64,000 nt of DNA. Origin: a virus. The stretch is from positions 20,407 through 84,406 of the IMG/VR virus record IMGVR_UViG_3300036770_008728; one strand, 5' to 3'. The notes beneath the pieces are model-generated. The model made no database searches and was not told where the DNA came from. It saw only the letters and a list, made by a program, of their open reading frames with translations. Of the stretch, positions 10,183 through 19,526 are shown piece by piece (positions within the stretch are counted from its first letter, which is position 1; each line of letters opens with the position of its first letter). Position numbers and translations under genes: made by a program.

Positions 10183-10544
10183 TTGGTCTTCTTTTCGAGC
10201 TCAATCGACAGCTGGTTCAGCTTCTCGTTGAGCTGGGTGAGTTGCGTCAGCACCCGATCCGTTTGTTGTGCTGACGCCGCCTGATTTGCATCAAGCGTTT
10301 TCTGGAACGCGGCTAACCGGTTGTCCACAGAGGTCTCAAGCCGGCCGACGGCGCCATTGAAGTCGGCCTTCGACAGATACTCGTCTTTCATCGAGTACTG
10401 CCGGTCATCGAGTTTCTGCATCCACACAAACATCACCGTTAAGCCGGCCATGATGAATGGACTCACGAAAATCGCAGCCTGGTGTAACCAGTGCAGCGCT
10501 GCGTGGGCATTCTGAGTGCCGAGTTGTTTGTTATCTTCAGACAT
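10179..10544 (-). CDS. Single-TM coiled-coil protein (holin/spanin-like)
   Basis: One hydrophobic helix then coiled coil; directly downstream of endolysin. Confidence 0.45.
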   Translation of the reverse strand: MSEDNKQLGTQNAHAALHWLHQAAIFVSPFIMAGLTVMFVWMQKLDDRQYSMKDEYLSKADFNGAVGRLETSVDNRLAAFQKTLDANQAASAQQTDRVLTQLTQLNEKLNQLSIELEKKTK

Positions 10545-11082
10545 TGCCACCGGCCTTACGGAAAATTTCCCGGGCACACTTCAGGTCGATGTCATAGAAA
10601 ATCACGCTGTCTTTTTGTTTGATGGTGAAGCCCATGCCGGCCAGGTTCCCGCAGCCGATGTGTAGCCACGTCACCGAATCACCTTCTTCGACAAAGGTGA
10701 TGAACGGGTAGAGTTCCGGATGTTTTTCAATATGGTCGCGGACTTCCGCCGCCGGTGTGGTACTGAACGTGATGTCCAGTGCTCGACCAAAACTATGGTC
10801 TGAGAATTGTTTGAAGTGCGGGTCGCCCGGTAATCGCAGGCCACGGTACTGCAGGTTCCCGCCAAACGACCAGTTGTTTATCGTCGCGGTACCAATCTTC
10901 TGGCCTTCTTCGTCCAGACAGAACCTGTCGGCCAGAGCGTCGGCCATCATCAGGATCCGTGGGTCGATATAACGCAGAACGCGGTTTTCCCCTAACTGCT
11001 GGAACGCCTTCTGACTTACCAACTCTGCGGGCTTGAAGTGGCGCGGGCGGTAAAAATTAAGCGCGGTGCTCACGTCCGACAT
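10537..11082 (-). CDS. Endolysin, peptidase M15 family
   Basis: YRGLR, SDHSFGRALD (SxHxxGxAxD) and WLHI zinc-peptidase motifs. Confidence 0.8.
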   Translation of the reverse strand: MSDVSTALNFYRPRHFKPAELVSQKAFQQLGENRVLRYIDPRILMMADALADRFCLDEEGQKIGTATINNWSFGGNLQYRGLRLPGDPHFKQFSDHSFGRALDITFSTTPAAEVRDHIEKHPELYPFITFVEEGDSVTWLHIGCGNLAGMGFTIKQKDSVIFYDIDLKCAREIFRKAGGNV

Positions 11083-11215
11083 GCTTGTTAATCCTCTGAT
11101 TGTATTGCCTGATTTTGTGCGGCAATTTCAGTATATCACCGGATAATTTGAATGTGGAACGGCAATATTCCGGTATGATTCACTGGAAAGTAACACATCG
11201 ACAGGATTAACAAGC

Positions 11216-11740
11216 ATGTCAGAGCAGAAAAAAGAACCCCGTGAGTACCCCAGAATCACCCCATCCATGGAAGATATGCTGGTCGAACTGGCTCAAATGT
11301 ACCGCCAGTACCCGGATTTTCTGACCCATAAAGACTGCAAATACCCACTGGCAGTAAAAAACGCCATCGCCGCGATTGCAGCCAAAAATGGCTCTGTTGC
11401 ACCGGTTTCAGCTCAAAAGCTCGCAGATACCAATCAAAACTCAACCGAAACCACCGAAATCTCTCTGGAAGAGGTCGATATTCACCAAGAATCCACGCTT
11501 TTGTTCCAAAACCTGAAGACGTTTATGAAGGACATGAGCAAGATGGAGACCAGTGAAAAGGCCCAAATCTTCCGAACGGCCACAGCACTGCTCGAAAAAT
11601 TACTCACCATCAAAGAGAAATCGAGCGGCATCCAGAAGTATGAGGATTTCAAAGCGCTGGTTATGAACACCCTCGACCGGCATCTGACGCCGGTTCAGAT
11701 AACCGGATTTATCGAGCAGCTGGAAGAACTGGAAAAGTGA
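11216..11740 (+). CDS. Phage protein (possible terminase small subunit)
   Basis: Helical 174 aa ORF with leader motif, near packaging genes; function is a guess. Confidence 0.45.
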   Translation: MSEQKKEPREYPRITPSMEDMLVELAQMYRQYPDFLTHKDCKYPLAVKNAIAAIAAKNGSVAPVSAQKLADTNQNSTETTEISLEEVDIHQESTLLFQNLKTFMKDMSKMETSEKAQIFRTATALLEKLLTIKEKSSGIQKYEDFKALVMNTLDRHLTPVQITGFIEQLEELEK

Positions 11741-11747
11741 CCCAAAT

Positions 11748-11777
11748 AAAAAACCCCAGTGTCTGGGCTGGGGTTTA
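11748..11777. terminator. Intrinsic terminator between convergent genes
   Basis: AAACCCCAG...CTGGGGTTT stem with A/T tracts. Confidence 0.65.
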
Positions 11778-11890
11778 AGCAATGCAGGTTTCGTATGGCA
11801 ACAACAGGGAGTGGAACACCTCAGGTTCGATAAAAACCCCTCAGAGGCAGGGGCTTAAGAATCGGAGTCTTTGATGTTCCGCTTTTTAGG

Positions 11891-12622
11891 TTACGCCTGC
11901 GCCACTCCAATGGCAACCAGAATTTTCATCAGCGCCTGAGACCGGCTGCAACCAAAAGCCGATTCGATTTCCCCCAGTAATTCCACCTGCCAGGGTAGCA
12001 ATGAAACCGCCATCACCGGCCGGTCAGTCCGACCAGATTCCAGCTGAAAGTTGCTGCAGTCCACAAACGGAACCGGGTTGTCCGCATACTGTTTCATCCA
12101 CTTCCGCAGCAGGTTCCCATACTTGGCGCCGTAATCCAGTAACCGGCTTTCCAGTTCAGTTGTCAGTCGAATGGGTGCCCTTTGTCCCTGCCCAGACTTC
12201 GGCCGACCCTTTGTTTTGGTCTCAGGTTTAGTTTCATCGGGTAAGGTCGGAGCCTTGGCCACCACCGGTAACTTGGCCAGGTCCTTCCCATGCCGGTAGT
12301 TCAGGCCCGACCAAAAGAGCAGGTCCGCGGCCGCGACCAGCGTCGTGCCATGCTTCTGAGCAAAGCGCTCGACCAGACCGGCCGTTTTCGCACTCACCCG
12401 AATCGACTCCGTTGGCCGGCTCGACTTCAGCCCCAAGGCATCATGCCGGCTCACCCCCTTCAGCAGCCCCAAGGTCACCAGCTCGTCCGGGTCCAGCCCG
12501 TCCAGCAAAGCGGCCAGAGGCAGCTCGTCATCCGCCGGACTGTGGACGTGAAGTTTTACCCGAGTCTGAAGCGGGGCGGTGTTTGGGTGTTGGAGGTGGT
12601 TCAGGGGCGGGCTGGTATCCAT
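11891..12622 (-). CDS. Putative DNA-binding regulator with repeated RHH-like segments
   Basis: ESIRVSAKTAGLVERFAQKHG and APIRLTTELESRL segments; GAGG SD. Confidence 0.45.
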   Translation of the reverse strand: MDTSPPLNHLQHPNTAPLQTRVKLHVHSPADDELPLAALLDGLDPDELVTLGLLKGVSRHDALGLKSSRPTESIRVSAKTAGLVERFAQKHGTTLVAAADLLFWSGLNYRHGKDLAKLPVVAKAPTLPDETKPETKTKGRPKSGQGQRAPIRLTTELESRLLDYGAKYGNLLRKWMKQYADNPVPFVDCSNFQLESGRTDRPVMAVSLLPWQVELLGEIESAFGCSRSQALMKILVAIGVAQA

Positions 12623-12857
12623 GGCATACCTCTAAATTTTTAAAATTTTTTCCGGGAGCTATCTTACCCCACATCGCGCTTCGGACACAATAGCACAGAA
12701 AAAACCTGTACACCTTGCCAGATATTGCCATAATGCAAGGGCAGACCAGCTGCAAACGAGGCCCACCGGCTTCGACGCTCTAGTACTGCCCTTAGCCAGG
12801 ACACGGTTGGAAACTTCCAACCGAACCGAACCAAGCCAAACAATGGGATTAATAAAC

Positions 12858-13601
12858 ATGAACAAATTAGCTGCTTTCTCTAAAAACATCGTTGCTGCAA
12901 TGGAATCTCAGCGCTCCGGTGCGTTGGTTGTAAATTTACTGCTGACGCAGCTGCAGGTAGGTCAACCAGCTTTAACTACTGCTGACTGCTGGACTTTGGT
13001 CGGCGGTGCGGGCAAACCAACCAAAAAGAATTCGTTAGTTTACTACCGCGCCAGTTCACTGCAGAAAACCGCTAAGCAGGTGAGCGAGATTTTGCAACAG
13101 CCAGCGGCAACAGATTGGGATCAATTCAATACGCTGCTGAATGCCGTTGACTTTGCGGATGAACAACTGCAGGCCCAACCGGCATATCTGGCGCTGCAGG
13201 GCTTCATTGCAATGAAAGGTTGTCATGCCTGCAATGGTTCTGATATCCGTGAATTTATCGCCACATTGCGCCCAGCCAGTGAACAACCTGCAGCGGGCAA
13301 AGCACAGGGCACAGAATCACAGCAAACAGCCACAGCCAGCGCACCGGACACGGTATCAGCTGAGGCCGGCACCACAGCGGGCAACACTGAAGCGGAAATT
13401 GATTTAGCCGCGTCAATGCTGGCAGATCTGGCAACGGCGGATAATATCGTTGGCAAAACTATTGCCAGCCTGATCGGCCTTGATCCGGTTGTTGCCATGC
13501 AAAAACTGGCTGAGGCTTGGCAGGCTGACCGCGCCAGACTGCTGAAAGAGATCAATACTCTCGAAGCTGCAGCGGAAAAACGCGAGACCAAAGCGGCGTA
13601 A
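12858..13601 (+). CDS. Hypothetical early protein
   Basis: Start after variant leader GGATTAATAAAC; possible extended -10 (TGCCATAAT) near 12727. Confidence 0.7.
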   Translation: MNKLAAFSKNIVAAMESQRSGALVVNLLLTQLQVGQPALTTADCWTLVGGAGKPTKKNSLVYYRASSLQKTAKQVSEILQQPAATDWDQFNTLLNAVDFADEQLQAQPAYLALQGFIAMKGCHACNGSDIREFIATLRPASEQPAAGKAQGTESQQTATASAPDTVSAEAGTTAGNTEAEIDLAASMLADLATADNIVGKTIASLIGLDPVVAMQKLAEAWQADRARLLKEINTLEAAAEKRETKAA

Positions 13602-13718
13602 TCCAGCCCGACCGACGAACGGGGCCACCACCTGGCCCCGTCAATCCCTATTTGTACACATGCACCGCCCAGGCGCAGGCCCGGACGGCCGTTGTGCATT
13701 TGTGCGTAAGAAAGACTT

Positions 13719-14651
13719 TTTCAAATAATCAGGGTGGGGAAGTTACTACCGGTTATTTGAAAGGGCCTTGAATTTCCGCGAAGGCCGGAATTTGGACGTT
13801 TTTTCTGAAAGTAGAACCACAGGAGGTTCTGACTTGCATGAAAAAAGTGAATATATGCAGGTCAGACCCTAGGTTCTAATTATAAAGAGAACCATTTCAT
13901 TAATGGTTAGGATCTGAACCTAGGCGGCGCCACGTCAGACAAGGGCTGCAGAGGAGTTGACCATCACCATTTTAGGGTCGTGTTCCGATTATGGTTAAAA
14001 TCAAAGTGAATAAATATTCATTGAATGGTTATTTATGCAGTTTTTATTCACTTTTGTTTTGCTCAGGGTCTGACCCAGACTCAGGTTGACGTTTTTGGCC
14101 TGTTCGACTACTCGCGTCAGGGTGTTTTTGTGATGTAGTCGGACGGCTCAAGGCGTCGTTGTGGTGCTGATTGTACGTCGCGGCCAGCGCGTCGTTGTAG
14201 TTCTGGCTGTGAATTCCGTGACGGAACCCGAACGGGAGTGTATTTACTACCCGAACCACAGCCGGACCCTGACCCGGACCCTAAAAGTATATCTAAAGTG
14301 GACCCTGACCCGGACCCAACTAATCAGCATCTGACCCGCTACAGCCCTACTCCCACAAGGCTTTCAGGCGTTCAGACCCTAACCCTTTTTCACAGTCACA
14401 CCCTTATTTTGACCCCCGCAAGCAGCTGGGTGTGGCTGTGGTTTTTATTCCGACGCTGACCTGACCACTGCGCCAGGTTGTGTCCTTTGTGGCCTGGGGC
14501 GCGTTCAGACCCTTTTGCCTACCCTGAAACTGGTGTTTTTCCGACTTATAATTTTGACCCGCTCAAACCCTTGAATTTGCGCGAGTTTTGGAATTTGGAC
14601 GGTTTTTCACCTATGAATTAATCGAAAAATTTGGGTAGTAACTTGCCCACC
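13719..14651. repeat. Non-coding block bounded by 18-bp inverted and 40-bp direct repeats with internal GACCC repeats (candidate ori or packaging site)
   Basis: IR 13733-13750/14634-14651 (1 mismatch); DR 13766-13805/14569-14608 (33/40); 18-bp DR 14264-14281/14300-14317. Confidence 0.75.
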
Positions 14652-14673
14652 AATCAAAATTAAGGATTAACAA

Positions 14674-14973
14674 ATGAGCTCAGCACTGCACCAGAAAATC
14701 GACGCGATGATAGTGAACAAGCCGGGGCGCTTTGTGCTTCTGACCCAGACCATGAATGGCCAACAGGAGCAGGAGTTCACCAACGCTCTGGACCTGCTTG
14801 CTGCAGCCAAATCCTTTGCGGCCACCAGTCTCTTTAACGGAGAACCTCTGTGTCCTGTGGACATGATGTATGTCCAGGCTGGCCAGAAGAAATGGACCTG
14901 GACCCCGCAGGACTACAACGAGCTGCGGGGCCTTGAGCAGACCCCGAACTTCCGTATTTGGCGAGCTGCTTAG
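14674..14973 (+). CDS. Hypothetical early protein
   Basis: Leader motif before ATG. Confidence 0.75.
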   Translation: MSSALHQKIDAMIVNKPGRFVLLTQTMNGQQEQEFTNALDLLAAAKSFAATSLFNGEPLCPVDMMYVQAGQKKWTWTPQDYNELRGLEQTPNFRIWRAA

Positions 14974-15058
14974 TGGTGCTTGACGAATGTGGTGTGGGTA
15001 GTATCTTTCTGACCGTCACCTGACATTCAGGGACAGAACAATTAGGGATTAACAAAAC

Positions 15059-15262
15059 ATGACTGCTACAACAGCTTCTAAACAGGCCCCAGACTGGGCC
15101 AGTCGAATTACCTGCGACCTACCCCTTGCCTCGGTGGGTTCTGCTGCACCTGAAGCGATTCAGGCCGACCTCCGTCGATTTACGAACCAAGCTCTTGCTC
15201 TGGTTTGGCGCAGACTCTCAAAATCGACCCGTGAATGGCTCACTCAGTGGTGGGCATCATGA
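15059..15262 (+). CDS. Hypothetical early protein
   Basis: Leader motif before ATG. Confidence 0.65.
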   Translation: MTATTASKQAPDWASRITCDLPLASVGSAAPEAIQADLRRFTNQALALVWRRLSKSTREWLTQWWAS

Positions 15263-15380
15263 ACCACTTCCACTACCGCGAGGGTTACCCCGCTCAAAGC
15301 AAAATGCCTGTGCGTGTCCTGTTCACCATTCTGGCCGTGGCGGAGCTTTGTCTCCTGGTTGGCGCGTTTATGGTGTCCAA

Positions 15381-15668
15381 ATGACTCCGGTTCAGCTGTC
15401 GGTCGCAAACATGGACGCGGGCCAGCTGCCGGCTGATTTTCACCAATGGTTCCCGATTGTGGATGCACTTCTGAAGGTGACTGGCGCGGCCGTCACCTGC
15501 TGGTACAACCCACGCAGTGGCTACGTCGAGGTTTTAAACCACGACATGGTTGTTGCTGAGTGCGCCAGCCACATTGAGCTGCATTGTTTCTACGCCGGGA
15601 TAGTGATTCAGATTCAGAACTCTGGGGCGGTAGTAGATTTGCTACCACTGAGCGTTCGAAAGCATTGA
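15381..15668 (+). CDS. Hypothetical protein
   Basis: MTPVQL start coupled to the stop of a small upstream ORF (15259-15384). Confidence 0.55.
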   Translation: MTPVQLSVANMDAGQLPADFHQWFPIVDALLKVTGAAVTCWYNPRSGYVEVLNHDMVVAECASHIELHCFYAGIVIQIQNSGAVVDLLPLSVRKH

Positions 15669-15675
15669 GGTTTGT

Positions 15676-15963
15676 ATGCAAATTGATGGCAAAGACTTCA
15701 CGGGTTTAACCGATAAGCAGGCCGAGTGGCAGCTGCACCACATGAAGGGCGCTGACATGGTATGGCATCTGGGGATCTTTTTCCTGGTGTTCGCTGCCTT
15801 GATGATTTCGGCCTTACCCATGCCTCTGGTGGTACTTCTGCAGTACCCATTCCTGTTCCTGGCAATATCCAACACCGAGGCCGCAAATGACCGGCGCTGG
15901 GAAGAATATTTGAATTGGTATTGTGGCTCACTGTGGCTGGATAACCTTGAGGAGGTGGAGTGA
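15676..15963 (+). CDS. Small membrane protein
   Basis: Hydrophobic segments; GAGG SD. Confidence 0.6.
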   Translation: MQIDGKDFTGLTDKQAEWQLHHMKGADMVWHLGIFFLVFAALMISALPMPLVVLLQYPFLFLAISNTEAANDRRWEEYLNWYCGSLWLDNLEEVE

Positions 15964-16187
15964 TGCGAAAACAAAAGGGTTACATCGACACTTCCGGTTT
16001 CGCGTTTTTCTTTTTCTTTGGGCTGGTTGCTATGGCTGTGCTGGTACTGATGACTCCAATTGTTATGTACGACCAGTATCAGGCCTACAAAGAAGAGTCC
16101 AAGTTAATTTCAGACTGTGAGCGGGGGCTTCCTCGGGAGAAGCGCTGCGTCATTGTCAAAATTGCCAAGCTTGAGGAGCAAAACTGA
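15960..16187 (+). CDS. Small single-TM protein
   Basis: KQKGY followed by hydrophobic helix; coupled ORF. Confidence 0.6.
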   Translation: MMRKQKGYIDTSGFAFFFFFGLVAMAVLVLMTPIVMYDQYQAYKEESKLISDCERGLPREKRCVIVKIAKLEEQN

Positions 16188-16388
16188 TGGGCAACAAAAT
16201 GTACGTTTCACCAACCCATGAACAAGCAGCCGAGTTCTACAACCGATTGTTCCCGTTCCCTCAGGTTTCCACCACACCATACAAAATCACAGGCCCTCTG
16301 CGGATTAACCTGGTGGCCAGGGCGGTGCGTGTTGCTCTGAGTGACTGGGCCTATTGGGATTTTCCTCGTGAAGTGGTGGAGGTGTGTG

Positions 16389-16961
16389 ATGTCTGAATTT
16401 CAAAAAGAAACTCGCTATATCGTCCTGAAGTTATCGAAGCTGACCGACCACCAGAAAACCGCCTTAGGCGCGGTGCTGGCTGAAATCAATTTGGAGGAGT
16501 CGGCAATGCCTGAGTGTGTGGTCGTTGAGCATGACTGGCCGAACTTCGATGAGACCTGGGCGGCAATTCAAGCCATTTCTGAAGGAGGCTTTGTCAGTGG
16601 TAAAGAACTGGTGCTGGAGCGTGATCGCTTACGCCGTGATTTAGACAATTCCGAAGAAAATGCCCGGCAGCAGTCGGCAATGAAAGTTCAGGCCAGACAA
16701 CAGCGCAATGAGGTGATGGCTTCATTGCTGCAATTGAAAGCCGCCGCGGTGAATGCTTTTGATAACTGGAAAAACAGCCAAGACATTTTTGGAGCCATGC
16801 AGCGTCTGAAGAACACTTATGAGGCCAAAGCCGAAGATACCTTGGATGATGTCAGGGCACATGTGGCACTGGACATGGCCACAGACTTCCGAAGATATGT
16901 CGAAAATGGAACGTATCTGGCGATGCTCGAATATGCCGTCAAATTGAAAAAAGGAGAGTAA
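16389..16961 (+). CDS. Hypothetical phage protein
   Basis: GGAGG SD; RYIVLK...CVVVEHDWP pattern familiar from phage early genes. Confidence 0.65.
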   Translation: MSEFQKETRYIVLKLSKLTDHQKTALGAVLAEINLEESAMPECVVVEHDWPNFDETWAAIQAISEGGFVSGKELVLERDRLRRDLDNSEENARQQSAMKVQARQQRNEVMASLLQLKAAAVNAFDNWKNSQDIFGAMQRLKNTYEAKAEDTLDDVRAHVALDMATDFRRYVENGTYLAMLEYAVKLKKGE

Positions 16962-17158
16962 TCGTGGAAATCATATTTAAAGTATTTTCGGTTGTGTCTG
17001 GCTTAGTGGGTGTCTTAAGCCTAGTCGTTGCCGCAATAGTTCAGTTCGCAAACAACGCCAAAGGCTTAGAAAACCGTATTGATTGGAATGTTTGGTTGGT
17101 ATGCGCAGCGATTTCTGCTGTGGCCTTCAGTTTGGCTCATTACTTGTGGCGGTGAGCG

Positions 17159-17482
17159 ATGGCATTTAAAGAATTTAAAGGTCCTCCCGAGGATTACAAA
17201 CAGCCTGAAAACCTAACAGTATTCCAGTGCAGTCACATTGGAGTTTCTGGCACAACGCCGGTCATGGTTCGTCAGACAGGTCCGGAGTTTGAAGCTCGTA
17301 TGGGCTTTGCTCTGTTCGGCTCAGCTCAGATGTCGGACGCTGAGTTTGAGGCCTGTGGCTTTAATCCGTTTCACGATGACTTCCATGACAATTACGTTCG
17401 TGGCATGGGTGCCAGCCAGGATGCAGCCATTGCTGCACTGAAGGTTGAACTCGACCAGCTTTCTGAATCAATTTGGATTTAA
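17159..17482 (+). CDS. Hypothetical protein
   Basis: ORF in tightly packed operon. Confidence 0.6.
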   Translation: MAFKEFKGPPEDYKQPENLTVFQCSHIGVSGTTPVMVRQTGPEFEARMGFALFGSAQMSDAEFEACGFNPFHDDFHDNYVRGMGASQDAAIAALKVELDQLSESIWI

Positions 17483-17485
17483 AAC

Positions 17486-17692
17486 ATGGCCTTTGTTGAA
17501 TTTAATGGTTATTCCCACGGTGCTAAAAAATTCGTAAACCCGGCGCGAATTGTTCATTTTGAGCAGATCGGTTTCAACGGGTGCAATGGAACAGAGCTTC
17601 ACATGGATGACGGTTCAAAAATCCGTGTGGGCCACTGGCCTCAGGACGTTCAAAAAATGCTTCAAGCAGCAGAATTACAGGACGGTGCGTGA
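17486..17692 (+). CDS. Small protein, FlbD-like pattern
   Basis: VNPARIVHFE..TELHMDDGSKIRV..PQDV. Confidence 0.45.
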   Translation: MAFVEFNGYSHGAKKFVNPARIVHFEQIGFNGCNGTELHMDDGSKIRVGHWPQDVQKMLQAAELQDGA

Positions 17693-17961
17693 TGGCCTAT
17701 ATACACGAAAAAGAATGCGAAGCCGCGGGGCTGGACCCGAAGGAAGTTCTCCGGATAGCTCGGGGCATTAGCAAATACGCCAAGCAGGCCCAGGCTCTGG
17801 GTATACAGGTGTTTGGTGGTTCCGGCACCGGGTCGCTGAGATTTCCTGACGGCTGGAACGGTGATTTAGTGCTTGCCGATTTAGATGGAACCTTCGATGG
17901 GGGCGATGGCAAGGCCAATGATTTCGGTGATGATGGTTTAATGAGAGGAGAAGTTGGGTGA
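17689..17961 (+). CDS. Hypothetical protein
   Basis: Coupled ORF; acidic Gly-rich tail. Confidence 0.6.
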   Translation: MMAYIHEKECEAAGLDPKEVLRIARGISKYAKQAQALGIQVFGGSGTGSLRFPDGWNGDLVLADLDGTFDGGDGKANDFGDDGLMRGEVG

Positions 17962-18124
17962 TGGGTGAAGAAAAACCATTCGCTACTTTAACAGGATTGC
18001 TTTCACGGGTTTCAGGTTCGATTTACGGCCGGCAGACCCGTGAAGACCGGCAAATTCAAAAGGCTGAACGCCGGCGCCAAATGAAAAAGCCGGCGCGTGG
18101 TGGTGGCCGGCCTTAATGCCAAAC

Positions 18125-18259
18125 TGAGTGCATGACTCTGGCGCTGGGGAAAGTAGGGCTCATAACCCGAGCGGACCAGATAGCGCGTGTTGACTTCTCA
18201 CCAGCACAATAACCGGTGGTCGCCCGGTTGTCGCTTCCGGCGCCAGATTCATACACTCA
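18125..18259 (+). ncRNA. Candidate structured RNA containing an initiator-tRNA-like anticodon hairpin
   Basis: Closing stem of about 23-25 bp (18125-18149/18235-18259) enclosing three hairpins; GGGCTCATAACCCGA at 18156-18170; G-U pairs favour the + strand. Confidence 0.5.
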
Positions 18260-18835
18260 CACCATTTGATGGCGGTTCATTTTGCGAACCGCGTAGGCAT
18301 CCAGAGTCATGGACCAGATAGCCAGGAGCATCAGGAATTTTAAACTGATCATGGCCGTAGTCTGATGGCTGTAGAAGAACGGTGCCGCTATTGGGTGGTA
18401 AATTTCCCACTTGTAGGCCATGACTTCAGCCAAAACCAGCGCGTTGTAAACGATGTTGGTCAGTAACACGTAACCCATGAATTCCACTTGAGGGATTCTG
18501 CGGGGGGCCAGAGAACAGCCGGCAGCAAGCCACATCTTGGGGTGACTATAAAAATTCAGCAGTACCCAGTATGTAATGGCGTCCAGAAACAAACTACCCA
18601 TGAGATACCATTGAACGGCGTATTTAGTATTCAGGGTGTCAAACATTAAGACATCAATGATTTTGCTGAACATTAAAATCAGCAAAGGTACGAATATTTC
18701 AGGTTTATCCCGGTTGGCCACGGCAATGAATGCCGCAGCCAGTTCCAGAACAATCACCGGTAAATAGGGAACCTCGCGACAAACAAAGAGCGCCACGATT
18801 GAAACTAAAAACAAAATGATGTTCAGGATAAACAT
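18257..18835 (-). CDS. Polytopic membrane protein (about 6 TM)
   Basis: Multiple hydrophobic helices; AT-rich coding. Confidence 0.75.
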   Translation of the reverse strand: MFILNIILFLVSIVALFVCREVPYLPVIVLELAAAFIAVANRDKPEIFVPLLILMFSKIIDVLMFDTLNTKYAVQWYLMGSLFLDAITYWVLLNFYSHPKMWLAAGCSLAPRRIPQVEFMGYVLLTNIVYNALVLAEVMAYKWEIYHPIAAPFFYSHQTTAMISLKFLMLLAIWSMTLDAYAVRKMNRHQMV

Positions 18836-18840
18836 AAATA

Positions 18841-19107
18841 TTAAACCGGTGCTGGTGGTTCTTCAGGTGGCCACGGTGGTAAATCGCCACCACCGCTCAT
18901 TGGTGTAGGCGTTGGGCTCGGTTCTGGTTCAGGTGTTTTTTCCGCCGGGGTCTCAGCGGCGAGTAAAGCCTGGCCTTCAGAAGACAACGTGACCTTATCG
19001 CTTACCGATTGCTCGATCCCAGAAGCGACTGGGTTTGCTGTCACCACGGGGCTCTGGCTCGGTAATACCGTCATTTCCTTGTTCTGGTAACGGGTGTTGA
19101 TATCCAT
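18841..19107 (-). CDS. Small disordered protein with FlgM-like N-terminal half and Pro-rich tail
   Basis: AAGGAG SD; SDKVTLSSEGQALL segment; ends GGGDLPPWPPEEPPAPV. Confidence 0.7.
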   Translation of the reverse strand: MDINTRYQNKEMTVLPSQSPVVTANPVASGIEQSVSDKVTLSSEGQALLAAETPAEKTPEPEPSPTPTPMSGGGDLPPWPPEEPPAPV

Positions 19108-19393
19108 CTGTTTCTCCTTTGAGGGATTTTAACCAGTGGTGAGGTAGGATTTTTGCTAACCACTGCGGTAGTACGGGATTCTGTTCAATGTTGTCTTCAG
19201 AAAATAAATCCAAGACCACTAACGGATCTGGTTCCGTCAACCAAACCCATTTTCGAACAATATCAAAGCTCGTGTTGATATTGGCCTCTATGTTGTAAAC
19301 GGTTTGTCTTGAGCATTTTAGTTTCTCAGCCATTTCTGCAACAGACCAATTTTTGGCCTCTCGCATTGATTTTAAGCGTTCACCTGTATCCAC
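18995..19393 (-). CDS. XRE-family HTH regulator (possible prophage repressor)
   Basis: GERLKSMREAKNWSVAEMAEKLKCSRQTVYNIE classic HTH_3 pattern; divergent from early genes. Confidence 0.85.
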   Translation of the reverse strand: MDTGERLKSMREAKNWSVAEMAEKLKCSRQTVYNIEANINTSFDIVRKWVWLTEPDPLVVLDLFSEDNIEQNPVLPQWLAKILPHHWLKSLKGETDGYQHPLPEQGNDGITEPEPRGDSKPSRFWDRAIGKR

Positions 19394-19504
19394 CTTAAGC
19401 CTTATTGTAATTATCTGTTAAGTTCTGATTATTTTTCGCTCGAAACCCTAGAAAATCATCTTTTTATCTAATTTCCGTAAGATTTTCTGTATAAAAATTC
19501 GACA

Positions 19505-19526
19505 CTTGTCCAATTAAATTGACAAG
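19505..19526. promoter_or_regulatory. Candidate operator in divergent control region
   Basis: Inverted repeat CTTGTC-N10-GACAAG overlapping a TTGACA hexamer. Confidence 0.45.

Noticed and set aside
14044-14459. Short ORFs with PDPDP or NDAL repeats
   Set aside because: No RBS or leader motif; the peptide repeats are by-products of the DNA repeats.
820-16309. Intragenic GGATTAACC at about 820 and 16302
   Set aside because: Inside coding sequence, lacking the AAAC tail and upstream AATT; consistent with the roughly two copies expected by chance.
18125-18259. Complete tRNA-Met gene
   Set aside because: Only the anticodon arm matches; no D arm, TTC T-loop or acceptor/CCA in register.
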